A stretch of DNA of 62,239 bases, counting the filler, from Porpidia crustulata (Eukaryota), in assembly GCA_964255105.1 (NCBI GenBank). It is 2 parts of 2 records of this genome, joined end to end, with 100 filler letters (N's around TTAATTAATTAA, not from the genome) between each part and the next. Parts side by side here need not be neighbours in the genome. Positions count along the whole stretch, not along the records: positions 1 to 31,297 come from CAXUWE010000017.1; 1 more part is not named here. One strand, 5' to 3'. The notes beneath the pieces were generated by a model. The model did not search any database. It was not told the DNA's origin and saw only the letters and a list, made by a program, of their open reading frames with translations. The translations under genes were made by a program, and so were the position numbers. This document shows, piece after piece, positions 12,315 to 23,739 of the stretch. Every line of letters begins with the position of its first letter. Position 1 is the first letter of the stretch.

Positions 12315-13392
12315 TTAGTTTTGTATCGCAGTAGTTTGAGAAACAAACACAACGAGAACAGTAGCATATCTGTACAGCTCGGTCAGCTGTTCATATCGCT
12401 CTGAGCAGCTCAGCACTAACGTAGCCCCTGCGAGGATCAAGTCTATCGTCCTCGACTTTGTCAACCAAGAGAGAATAAGGAGGTACGAGATCGTGCACAG
12501 CACAACGATGACGATCCGGACTGAGATGGTGCTGATTAGACTGCATATGATGACCGGCATCATTAGGAGAAGCGCGATCAAAGAAAACAGTATCGCCTTC
12601 GCGGTACGCTGAATAAGGGGTCCCCGGTAGATGTACACATTTGGATTAGTCGAGATGTCGTGAAATCGGCTCTAGACTCGTAAGCCAAACTACACGTCGA
12701 GTGGTTGCCCCTTCGTCACATTCTTACACTTCGAAAACCCTGCCAGTATTGTACCAGCTTGTCTTCTACCCATGTTTCGAGCTGCAGGACCGCACTGTCC
12801 ACTACGGGTGCCAGAGAAGCCAGATCGCTATGGTACGCTAGATATGCTGTCTCCTCCCGAGCCAGGTAGCCCGTCGCTTCCACCCAGTTCTGCAGGCTTG
12901 CTATGTCTCTCCCCTCCGCTGGCTGTAGGCAAAATATCCGGCTAGTTCTCTCGACGAATTGATCTAGCTCTATCAGTCCAATCTATAAGTTCTTTGCTTC
13001 ACTTACCATAGTCGGCCATCGCTGCTTCAATCTCGGATAGCGTAGAAAGACGGTCTCTATTTCCATCGCAACGGCTTTTCCCAAGGAAGAGAAGGGACGT
13101 TTCCTCTGCGTCAATCCGCTCTAAACGTTTCTCGAGTAGGGATAATCTGTCTTGTTTTAATAATACGATTCGAGCCCGGAGCTTGTCGAAGCGACGGCAT
13201 ATCAACCAGGGGCGATGGGTTGAGAGAAGCGCAGTGAACCGAGGATACCCAGCCTCGTACTCTTCAACTGCATATCATTAGCAGATGGAGCTGATACTCA
13301 AGTTACATACTTTTACCCGTCTCCAGGTCGGTCGTAGTCGTCCTCTTATGACGCTGCCAGCACTGAAGATAATAACGAAAGAGCGCTATCAT
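12315..13392 (-). CDS. DUF6594-like membrane protein with C-terminal TM helices, 5 exons
   Basis: Spliced reading MIALF...IEEYEAGYPRFTALLS...ICRRFDKLRARIVLLKQDRLSLLEKRLERID...SLQNWVE...LLLMMPVII...LAGATYATVLVVFVS; introns 13268-13310 and 12964-13006 plus two more, all GT..AG. Confidence 0.8.
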
Positions 13393-14520
13393 CGTGCCTC
13401 TTTTTGTTTTATAAACACAACCTCCAGTGTCTTCATTCCTAGGTGGAGGCAATTGAGATTGTATGCCTGAATGTATTTATTTGATAAGTTTGCAAGGCTG
13501 AGGCAGGCTGATACAGACTGAGGCATTGGAAACAGGAGTGGGGCTTCTCCCCAATAAGCCTGCATGTTAATTCTGAAGGCGGTTCCGGGGCGGAGCATGA
13601 ACGAGCATGAACACTATCGGAACGCCTCGCCGGCTTTTCTCGACAGCTGGATGACCTACAATCCATATTATAAGTATTAGGATGCTTCATTGAATAGTAT
13701 CCATATTATTGCACCTCATTTACAGATACCTGCTCTTAAACCAAAAAGCAAGCAACTATGTCATCCCAAGAGTACGCAGCCATCACTCATCCTAACCTGT
13801 CCGTACTTACATGTAGAATAGGAAGGAAAAGGACAAATTCACCTTCACCGATGAGGAAGACCGTCCCTACATCGCACACTCTAGTGTTAGTGCTCTGTCC
13901 ACAGTTTACCGGAGCGTGCTAATGTCATGTTAGGCTTCCGAATTTCGCGTTGGGGATAGAGTGTATCTTGTGGGTTCTGACGGATCTCGCGATGGTCCCT
14001 TCCTCGTGGCATCAATCTGCCCGGGGCAACAATGTACCCTAAGTTTCGAGAACGGCAAGGCTGCCAAGGACGGTGAGGAGATCAAGATGGCGAAGCTGGA
14101 GGCTGCGTGAGAACCGTGGGGCATCCGGCGCATCCAATGATACCTTTCCACGTCAGCAGCGGAAAGCCTAGCTAGGCGATATGAATGCGAACCGTATCAC
14201 TCCTTCGCAGCCGCAGTTTCGATGCATCCTGCAGCTTCTTGTCCAACAGGGCGCATTTGTCGCTCTATCGTAGCCACTCCTCCCTAAATGCGTGTATTGT
14301 GTAGACTTGGTTTTTAAGCCTCGTAACGTTACACAGCGAAGCGGGACGTGCCGCCCACGCCTCGCCCCCGTAGACCACCGTGTCTACCACCGCCGTTTCC
14401 CCAACTCTTCAATATGATAAACACTCTGTTTTCGAGCCATTGAAATCTAGGCCAAATCTTCTGTTGTACATATACGTATCGAGCATCTTTCGCCACACGC
14501 ACGCAGCAAATCCTGCCATA

Positions 14521-16413
14521 ATGGATGGCCAGCACACTATCCCTACACATTACGCAATCCTGATTGGTATCAACGCCTACCCGAATAGTCCCCTGGAGAG
14601 CTGCGTACGTGATGTCCAGAAGATTAAAGAATGCCTCGAGAGCAAACTACCTTCGGTCGACATCCAGACTCTCACGGCAAGCGGCGGCGATACGCCACTC
14701 GAACATCCCGAAAGCTGGCCAACTTATCGCAACATGACTTCGGCTCTTGAGATGGTCACGTCCCGAGCGCAACCTGGAGACTTCATCTACATCCACTACT
14801 CTGGCCATGGGACTAGATTAGACCCGTGCTATGAGCTCTCGAGCCAGTCGACCGGAGACTTAGCTTTGGTTCTCCTGGATGAGGATAGTAGCCGGGTGAG
14901 GTTACTACCTGGGCCGCGACTAGCTGGCCTTCTCAAATCCATGGTAGACAAAGCACTGGTCATCTCTCTCGTTCTGGATTGCTGCTTCTCGGCGAGCGTT
15001 TACCGTAATAGTGACCCTAATGTTCGATACCTTTCATGCGGCCGCATTGGCGCATTGACATATCCTCCGATTCCGGAATATGGTCTCGCAGACGGGAACA
15101 CTCGTTCTACGAGCCGCGATGCATCGATGCGCGATAATTGGCTCCTGGACCCGGACCAGTATACTATACTCGCTGCGTGCGGGCCACACGAAAAGGCTAA
15201 GGGTGGGTCTGAAAAAAGTGAGAAGGGGGAACGTTACGGAGCTTTGTCGTACTTCTTGTTCAAAGCCTTGTCCGACCACGGGCTTGGGAGGCGACACAAG
15301 GATATCCACCATCATTTGTGCACCAAATTCTGGGAATCTTGCCAAGCGCAACATCCCGTCTTGTATGGAAATAAGGATCAGGCTTTCTTTGGCCGGACCG
15401 ACCCATACCGTAATACGAGATTCACGAGCATCTTCAAATGTGACAAGAGCCATCGGCTCCTGGCCGGCCTGGCTCACGGTCTTCGTGTTGGTGATCGCTT
15501 CGCATTGTCTCCCTTTGGCCCGTCAAGCGATCGAGACGTCGAGGGAAACTTCACCGCGAATGTCACCCACCTCTGGCCTCTTACATCCGAGTTGGAGCTA
15601 TTAGGCACTCCACATAGCCTTCAAACGGGATGGATCGCGGAACCGCTCACTTACTCGTATCTCTCGGACTTCCCCGTTCGGCTGGCACCTGAGCTTTCAC
15701 ACCAAGATGAATGGCGGGCAGCGCTGGAGGAACACTCACTCGTTACTTGTATCGACAATGAACAAGATCCAGCGCTGCAGGTCGTGCTAAGCAACAACAA
15801 ATACGAAATACTAGAGTATGGCCGGAAGATCATCAATCTGCCGGCGATGCCGCGAGACCAAACGGACACTAGTCGCGTCTGTAATATCTTAGAGCACTTA
15901 GCTAGGTTCCGAATGGCCAAGGACATAGCCAATGAAATGCCTAGAGCTGCTTTCAGAGAGTCGCTCGACATTGAGATAAGAGCAAACAAAAAGGCTTCTA
16001 ACCCAGGGGAACAATTAGAAGTGCAGCACGGCAATATTGTGGAACTGGTCATGAAAAATGCAGGAGAAACCGCGTTATACGTTTACGTGTTCAACCTAGG
16101 TCCTTTATGGCAGGTTAAGGGGATGTCTTATGAAGTCATTCCTGAGCGTAACCACGACCACGACTTGAAATTTACAGGGATATCTTCAAAGAAGATCAAG
16201 ATGACAGTTCCTCCTGCGATGAGTGGGTATGGCTCGTGTGAGGATATCATTAAGGTCTTCGTCACGTCCCAGCCGACATCTTTTGATTCGCTTGAGCTAC
16301 CAAATCTTGATGAACTAGGCAAGACAAATGTCGGAGATAGGACTAATCGTCCTAATAACCATGAATCAGAGGATTGGGTGGCTTTAAACTTTCCTATCCG
16401 CACGCTGTTGTAA
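14521..16413 (+). CDS. Peptidase C14 caspase/metacaspase-like protein with long C-terminal extension, intronless
   Basis: HYAILIGINAY, CVRDV, IHYSGHG (His), VLDCCFS (Cys), LAACGPHE, YGALSYFL, QHPVLYG. Confidence 0.9.
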   Translation: MDGQHTIPTHYAILIGINAYPNSPLESCVRDVQKIKECLESKLPSVDIQTLTASGGDTPLEHPESWPTYRNMTSALEMVTSRAQPGDFIYIHYSGHGTRLDPCYELSSQSTGDLALVLLDEDSSRVRLLPGPRLAGLLKSMVDKALVISLVLDCCFSASVYRNSDPNVRYLSCGRIGALTYPPIPEYGLADGNTRSTSRDASMRDNWLLDPDQYTILAACGPHEKAKGGSEKSEKGERYGALSYFLFKALSDHGLGRRHKDIHHHLCTKFWESCQAQHPVLYGNKDQAFFGRTDPYRNTRFTSIFKCDKSHRLLAGLAHGLRVGDRFALSPFGPSSDRDVEGNFTANVTHLWPLTSELELLGTPHSLQTGWIAEPLTYSYLSDFPVRLAPELSHQDEWRAALEEHSLVTCIDNEQDPALQVVLSNNKYEILEYGRKIINLPAMPRDQTDTSRVCNILEHLARFRMAKDIANEMPRAAFRESLDIEIRANKKASNPGEQLEVQHGNIVELVMKNAGETALYVYVFNLGPLWQVKGMSYEVIPERNHDHDLKFTGISSKKIKMTVPPAMSGYGSCEDIIKVFVTSQPTSFDSLELPNLDELGKTNVGDRTNRPNNHESEDWVALNFPIRTLL

Positions 16414-18774
16414 ATAAATTACAGCTATCCCGTTCCTGACTTTTCCGTACTGCCGGGAAGTGGGGCTCCGTCTTCAACGATCACACGGTGAGCTCCCTAC
16501 ACGTGCCTCGGCCAGCGCGCTGCCGGTTACGAGGCACCCGACGCCGGAACTGCCCTGCGGACATAAGGCCTAAAAACGACACTACACTCCCTTTAGCACG
16601 GATATCTTATGTTGCGATCAAACCGTTTTTTTTTCTTTCCTGTGTTGAGCAGGGCGTTAGGCAATGGACGAACATAGTTGGCTTCTGAATCGGAGAAAGT
16701 GCAGCAGAGCAAGATGTAATTAGCTGACGCATTGTAACGGTCCATACCCATAGATTGCATGGCCATAATAGAACACACACACACACCCGCCAGGACCGTC
16801 CGGAACTTTAATGGCAACGGGAAGAGAGTTCTGGATAGCGTGGTAGGGCCCGCGAAGTATAGCCACCATCAGATTTTGCTCTACCTGGCCCAGCCCTCGT
16901 GAGCTTCAAGGATTTGTACTCTTCATCAGCTTTACAGGTTATATTGAAGCACCGCAGTTCTCATGCAAGGTGCCGCTCATTGTATAACCGTGCGGCAGCT
17001 GTACCACCGATATATGCACAGCCTTTCCACCCTCGTGTGCTTGCAACTGTAACTTTATACCAAGCACAATAATCATTCTACTTGCTGAAGTGCACACTTC
17101 GGTCTTGATATTCTGTGTTCTACCAATCTCTGTCGGCCGCTGTCATGCCCACTATATCTGAGGCCCACCCTATGTTGTCTTAAACATATCATGACAGCAC
17201 TTTGTCTTGGCAAAGCAGACCGTCTGGTTTATGCTATTCCCCTTCAACGAGCAGGGATTAGACATCTGGCTGCTGCTTGGTATATGTCGAGAAGCGTAAG
17301 GACGTGATGGGCTTGAGCAAATTCCTTCGTTCGGTCGGCGGCGGTGTCAACGGCGGGTCTGCAGAGCTTCAGAGTGATTCTTGATTTGCCTCTTGTGTTA
17401 TAGGACCTTTCGACATAGTAGTCGTGCGTTGGACCGCATCTTGAAGTTGTACAATGGCTGTTCCGAAAGCTGATCGCGATTTGGATGCTGGGACGCGTTA
17501 GTTGACTAGGCGACGTTAGTACATGATTGCCAATGCCAAGAGCACAAGTGAGGTACACAGCCACAGATCTGACAGCCACAGGCTTGGCTTGCTTGACTGA
17601 CACGTAAATTACACGTAATGGTTATATGAGACGTGCAAGGTCGTCTCGCGCTAGCCGAGATGAGCGATCGCTTCGGTTGGAAGTACCGATTGGCGTGGCG
17701 ACCCTACATGAACTTGCGCGCCACAGCAGATACGGGGCTGGCAATGACTCCCCATAATCGTAGCGAGGTTCTGAGGCTTAGATAAGACCAATTTATAAGT
17801 ATAGAGTGATAAGAGCATTGCGGTGGTGCTGCGGGAAAGGAAGTCTGTTACGCCATGAAAGGAGGCTCTCTACAAATTAAGCTCAAAAACGACAACGCGA
17901 GTGTAATTTTCTAGATGAGAGGGTCTTGAATATGCAGAAATGGCCACAGTACACGGCTTATACAGAAGTATGGTAAACGACAAAGTGTGCACAGAATCTG
18001 AGCCACTCCAAGTCGAAGTACCTCTCATATTTTCCGGCACGGTGGGTTTTCCGCGACACAGGGACGGACGTTACTCGTATAATACCGTTTGAAACGACTA
18101 CGTCGCCAACCCACGAGCATATATGATCCTTTAATTCACCAATTGTTTGATTTAAACTGACTCTTGAGTTGAACCTCATAGCCAGCGGGTAAGCCTGTTT
18201 GATCCAGCCGCTGTCATCGATTATTGACCTTACTTACCTAGCTGGCCCGATCGGGTTAGCTTACTCAAGCTAGCTATCCGACGGTTCAATACCCCTTACT
18301 GGCAACAGGGCCAAAAGTCAACAAGAAATCATTGTTCATATAATGGATTACTTGATTTACGTGCAAAAGCTTTTGAACTGGATCGACGGAAGAGGTAATC
18401 AGTCGTGTAAAAGGGTACAATGTGTTTCGTAATTAAGAGGTTGAAAAAGAATCGACAGAAGACTCATCGACTCTCATATCATCTAGAGTATTTCGTTGCC
18501 GTAAACCGAGAAAGGCAAAATCATGTTTTAGCCATTTCTCTCACGCAGCTGTTGAAATCCACTGTAATGCGTGGATCTGAGTTTCTTCAATTATGGTTGC
18601 ACGCACAGAACCTTTTACGAGAACACCAAGGCATCGTACGGTCGCCCAGCGAAAGAAAGAGGGGAAAAAGCCAGAACTTGAAGGCAGTCAAAGAAAGACC
18701 TGCTTATATCTTCTAAGCACTAGCAGAGCTAAGATCTACAAATTCTTTAATCCTAATCAAGGGGATGCTTTGTT

Positions 18775-20449
18775 CTACTGGGTATGTGACCCATATAACT
18801 GATAAACTGCTTCTTCTAGTGCACCGAAACATTTGGTAACTAACTTATCACCAGGCGGCAGAATCTGGGTGACGAATAGTCCGGCCAAGCCTGTCGTACG
18901 ATCAAGCCACTACGCCATCGTTAGCAGCGAGCTTTGCTCCACTAATTTGACCTATAACCTAGTAGATACAAAAGAGAGTGAGAGTATAGAATAGAGAGAT
19001 AGGAGGGAACTGTGCAAAGACAGAAGCTGAAACCAGACGAGATTTTCTCACGCAAGAAGCAGGGACTGGAAGTGGTAACTTACAGCATGGACACCTGGCA
19101 TACCCTGCCAGTTCGCACTGTTCGCTGGCCTTCGTCCAGGAAAGTCTTCTGCATTGATGGATGAACTGAGTCCAAAGTCGCCCTTCGACCCCTCCGGCCA
19201 CGTTTGACCCAGATGGGCTCGCCCTGAGCCACACACCACGGAAATAAAGTGAGACGGGTCCGCAGTCTGTGGCCGCATCACCTCGTCGATACACTCCTTA
19301 CTGATGATGCCGGCACCGCCGCCCAGTAGAGCGGAAAGGAGCTTTGCCTGATCTGCGGGAGTGCTGTAGAGACCGACGCCGCCGCAGCAGTCGGCTGCTG
19401 GGTAGCCGAAGGGGACTTTCCCCTTGTTGAGAGTGCCGTCTGGACTGCGCCACGCCAGTTCGACGAGCTTAGCCTCAAGATCTGGTCGCAACCAAGGCCG
19501 GAAGGTCGTGGAACCCATCTTGAGCGGGATCCAGATGTTCGTCTGCATAAAGGACTCAAAGTCTTGCTTTGCAACAATCTCGATCTGCAGCTTTGTTCAG
19601 CTTCTGCCACTTTCACACTACCATCTGAAGGTGGCAAATTGCCAGGAGAAAGGGGTAGTCTGGGGAGAGCCTACTACTCGGCCTGCCCAGTCCATCCCAG
19701 GACCGTACGCCCAGCCCTGTCCAGGCTCGAAAATCAACGGTTGAAGGTATCCTGTCTGCAGAAACTCAGTGCTTCAGTGTTTGCTCACTTTCGGTTGAAG
19801 AGACTACGGCTACCAAAGACAGCACTCACGTAAGATCCGGTGAAAGTATCTTCTTTCTTTCCGACGTAGGTAGCCCACCGCCGAAGCCCCTCATGCTGCT
19901 TGTCGTAGCAGAAGCCACTGCTGTGTGAAAGCAGTTGGCTTATCACTTGAATTTAGCATGGACCCCTGAGCACAGCAATTTTTCTCTGGGTTATTCCTTA
20001 CCGGAGGGAAATAGGGGCTGTGCACTTCCTTAAACGTGGTTTGCCATCGTCATCAAATCCCTCAAGCACATCAAGGTCGGCCAGCTCCGGGACAACGTCT
20101 CTAACGTTCTGGTCCAGGGTGACTAGGCCCTTTTCAACCGCAATCATGGCAGCGACTGCAGTGGAAAGCTTGGTGAGCGAGGCAATCCAAAAGAAAGAAT
20201 CCAGCGTGATAGGCTGGGTCCGTGCTAGATCTCGCGAGCCATAGGCCGCGGAATAGAGCACGCCTGCTTGGCCAACGATCGTTAGTGATCGTGCTCCCCC
20301 CCAATACGTGATTGTTTAAGATAACTGTACTTACCCTCTTTGCCAATAGCGGAGAAGCAGGCATTATGCATCGCTGGGCTCTTGCCATCCACCTGTCCCT
20401 TCAGAATTTGGTCGATACGCTCCGTGTTGGGTGTATTCATGCTCCCCAT
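18775..20449 (-). CDS. Beta-lactamase-fold esterase/acyltransferase (LovD/EstB-like), multi-exon
   Basis: FWIASLTK (SxxK), LLSHSSG, GGVGLYST, WQGMPG|WLDRTTGLAGLFVTQILPPGD; GT..AG introns. Confidence 0.85.
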
Positions 20450-20810
20450 CTTGCTATTGGAAATATTTCCCTTGTTTGTCTTCCTTGTTTTCTTTCTTAG
20501 TTTTTATTTACTTCTCTTGAGATGACTTCAGGCCAATCGACCATCGAAGATCAAAGGAGATAAAATGCGCAACGCCCTGAGAGATCCTAATATGTCAAAT
20601 TTATTCCAGGGTCACACAAGTAGGCAGATGCAATTGAGCTTCTGGTAGTTGGCGTCAAGTTGCAATTATGCAATACGCTCAACTGCACTGGCATCACAGA
20701 CTATGTTATTGTACCTGATTAGACCGCTCAGAAACGCTACGAGCTCATAGAATTACAAGCGTAGTCTCTCGTGTAAAAAGTTGGAAACGCGAAGACCGTG
20801 AACATGAGGC

Positions 20811-20821
20811 CCGAAGCCCGA
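20811..20821 (-). promoter_or_regulatory. TCGG-N3-TCGG putative site upstream of LovD-like gene
   Basis: CCGAAGCCCGA. Confidence 0.45.
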
Positions 20822-21176
20822 CGGCGTAGAAGCGCAGTGGAAGTCAGCAATGGTGATATTTGCCCCCAGCGCCAGGGAATTCGGATCTCAGCGATCGCCA
20901 TATTACTTTATACCCACTGATGGGGTGGGCAGGGGGATATGGGTCTTTCTGGATGGGGGCGTTTTTGCGCCGCGCCTCTTGTCCCACAATTCGGTGCAAA
21001 GCAAGTAAGCCGGTCTAATAGATCGCCCCTTACATTTGCAAACAATCGTCGGAAACAGGGTCTCTGCCAGCCAGTCATGTCACTCATGTAGATTCTCTGG
21101 ACATCAGGAACTGTCCTATTATTACTTGATTGGATTTTAAGCTAGCGATCCACCCTGGGTGCCAAATTGGCGACGA

Positions 21177-22415
21177 CTATCTCTCTCCAACATACTGACT
21201 ACACTCCTCAAATGGCCTCTGTCCAAACAATTTGCGGCCCCCAATGTAACTCCTGCGAATGTTGATCCCAGCAAACTCGCGCATAGCCTTTTCAAACTCC
21301 CCAATGCTCTCCGTCGAAATGCCCTTTGTGAAAATTGTCTTGGCGAGGTTAGCGCCATCCACCAACGCAGTTACAGCGCCCACGCCTCCGCAGGGGCTCA
21401 TAACGTGAATGGCGTCCCCAATCACCGTGACCTTGTCGGACGGCGCCCAAGGCTTGATGTCCGGGCTCGCCGATAGGACCCTGAGCGGGCTGGACTGCTT
21501 CAGGTCCTGTAGGTGCAGTATTGAGCGGATGTTGGGGTCCCAGCATTCGGTGGTGCGGAGAGATACCGCCGCGGCGTCCGCACCGGTGTATTTGGACAAT
21601 GGCATGTCGCTCGGGAGGTTGAAGATGTGCTTACGTGCGATAAGCACCCAGTACATGTAGTCTGCCGGCAGGTATTCATCAAATCGATCGTTCTTCTTAG
21701 GGAAGCGGATCGGCTCCAACAGAAGGGTGACGGCTGTGTCGTCAATATCGAGTGTCTGTGTTATGGGTGTACGGTCGACGACGAGCGTCATCCACCGCAT
21801 GGCGCGCGTGGGGAACCGTTCGAGCAGCTCGGGAGTAATAAGCGTCTTTCCGTAGATACACGTGCCTTCGGTATCGAGAGGCCCATGGTCCGGGAGGAAC
21901 TGTTGTCTCGTCACAGAGCCCTTGCCGTCAGCGCCGACAAGGAAGCGGCCGTGGGCGGTGGTGCCGTCCTTGAAGTAGGCGATGACTCCCTCGGCGACAA
22001 TCTCATAGCGGGCCAGCTCCTTTCCGTACGATGTCTTCTCCTCCAGGCCACTCAGGAGGATGTCTCGCAGCACTTTACGGTCGCAGGTGTACGGTTTCAT
22101 CCCCCTCATAGCAGGACCGCCGCCGGCGCGGCTGGCCATAATAGAGCCGTCCACAGCGTTGATGTCAGTCTCGCCCAGCTCGGCGGAACAGCATGTCTTT
22201 TCGAATCGCTCCCATAGCTCTGGCGTGAGCGTCTCCTTCAGCGCATTCGCGCCATCGCCATTGATACGTAGGCGATAACCCTGAGGTCTCCAGGATGCGT
22301 CTGCGTCGCGTTCGAAAACGCGGAATGAAAGGCCGGCCTTAGAAAGGCCATGCGCTAAGCACAAAGCGCCAAGTCCGCCGCCGATGATTAGAATGTCTTT
22401 ATCCGTAGATCCCAT
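21177..22415 (-). CDS. FAD-dependent monooxygenase (aromatic hydroxylase class)
   Basis: IIGGGLGAL (GxGxxG), RPQGYRLRI, LVGADG, VIGDAIHVMSPCGGVGA. Confidence 0.9.
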   Translation of the reverse strand: MGSTDKDILIIGGGLGALCLAHGLSKAGLSFRVFERDADASWRPQGYRLRINGDGANALKETLTPELWERFEKTCCSAELGETDINAVDGSIMASRAGGGPAMRGMKPYTCDRKVLRDILLSGLEEKTSYGKELARYEIVAEGVIAYFKDGTTAHGRFLVGADGKGSVTRQQFLPDHGPLDTEGTCIYGKTLITPELLERFPTRAMRWMTLVVDRTPITQTLDIDDTAVTLLLEPIRFPKKNDRFDEYLPADYMYWVLIARKHIFNLPSDMPLSKYTGADAAAVSLRTTECWDPNIRSILHLQDLKQSSPLRVLSASPDIKPWAPSDKVTVIGDAIHVMSPCGGVGAVTALVDGANLAKTIFTKGISTESIGEFEKAMREFAGINIRRSYIGGRKLFGQRPFEECSQYVGER

Positions 22416-22596
22416 TATGCTTCTGTCGTAAAAGTAAAAATTTGAACAGAAATGCAACACTATACAAGACGAGTTGCAGATCAAAATGCGGATTTCGGAA
22501 CTTTTGATAAGTATTGAGCGGTTGCTGCAGCAGTGCAGCGTAAGCAAGGCCTTTCCTTCTACCTATTTCCCGCTCTTGTCACTGGCCTAGCGAAAC

Positions 22597-22607
22597 CCGA
22601 ATACCGA
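22597..22607 (-). promoter_or_regulatory. TCGG-N3-TCGG putative site in FMO/EthD divergent promoter
   Basis: CCGAATACCGA; near match GCGGATTTCGG at 22488-22498. Confidence 0.45.
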
Positions 22608-22785
22608 TCGACTATTTGCACCCATAGGCGGAATTCGTCTTGGCCGCAATCATACGCATAGATGAAACCGACCGTAGGTGAAGAGGATGTCTTATCCCAC
22701 GTACTGCTGCTTTTTCGGCTTGGATCCATTACTCTACCAGCTTTCGACTCACTGAAACCTCGAGCTCTTCCCAAGCAACATAATC

Positions 22786-23393
22786 ATGGAGAACGGACAT
22801 AAAGTCAAGGAGCCGATGCTCTGCCTCACTATGTGTGCTTATCGCAGGGAGGGGATGGATGAGGAAGAGTACCGCAACTACATGACAAAGTCCCATGCGC
22901 CACTTGTCCAGGGTCTCATGGTCAAGCATGGCATTGACAAGTACAGCATGGTGAGTGGAATAGCCTCGCTGCGTGAACGCCAACGGAAAGCAGCATGCCA
23001 ATCTTGGGCTGCTCGTCCTTCCCTGCTTGGCACTCCCTGCTATAATTTTGGCTTTCCAACCTAACACATTGCTTCGAACAGACACACAATCCGCTCTCGA
23101 CCCGCGCTCTGATGGGCAAGATATTTGACTCCCAGTTCGCCAACGTGGCGGATTACGACTGCATTGTTCAGATTCAGTTCCGCGATATCGAACAGTTCAT
23201 AGCGCTCAAGTCGGACCCCGAGTACAAGAGAGTCCTCTTTGCGGACCATAAGAATTTCGCCGATACCGAGAGAACAAAGTGAGACTTCGCCAGCCCCGTT
23301 ACGGTGTGATTTTAACTACTGACGACCTGTTCTTTTCTTAGGATGACAATCGGCTGGGTTCAGGATTTCTTACGAGATGGAGCGCTTGTGTGA
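22786..23393 (+). CDS. EthD-domain protein (polyketide dehydratase/decarboxylase-like), 3 exons
   Basis: YRREGMDEEEYRNYMTKSHAPL, ADYDCIVQIQF, DHKNFAD, MTIGWV; divergent from the FMO. Confidence 0.85.
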
Positions 23394-23739
23394 AATTCAG
23401 TTCTACAGCTTGCGTGTGTAATAGGGTACCAATCAAAGAACAATCATGTCCATTCTACCTTAGTGATAAGTGATCAGTTTACTTGGCGTAGATATTCTGT
23501 TATCCATCGCCATTAGACCATCAAATTCATTTCCTCTGATCCTCAGCATCGTGACAAGCGTCCGTGTCTTATATGCAGGAATGACGCAATCAAAAATCAG
23601 GATAAGATTTGTACAACTCCGATCTACCTTCGCATGTATCTCCATCCTACCAGCGTCTTGCACAACGAGAGGAGCATGAGTCCATCGTAGGTAGATCTCG
23701 TGCTGGCGTCCTACGAGCTAGCTGTTGCATTCAACCAGG

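Noticed and set aside
16500..18700. Short ORFs between the caspase and the LovD-like gene
   Set aside because: No recognisable motif or consistent splice model; no insertion boundary repeat found
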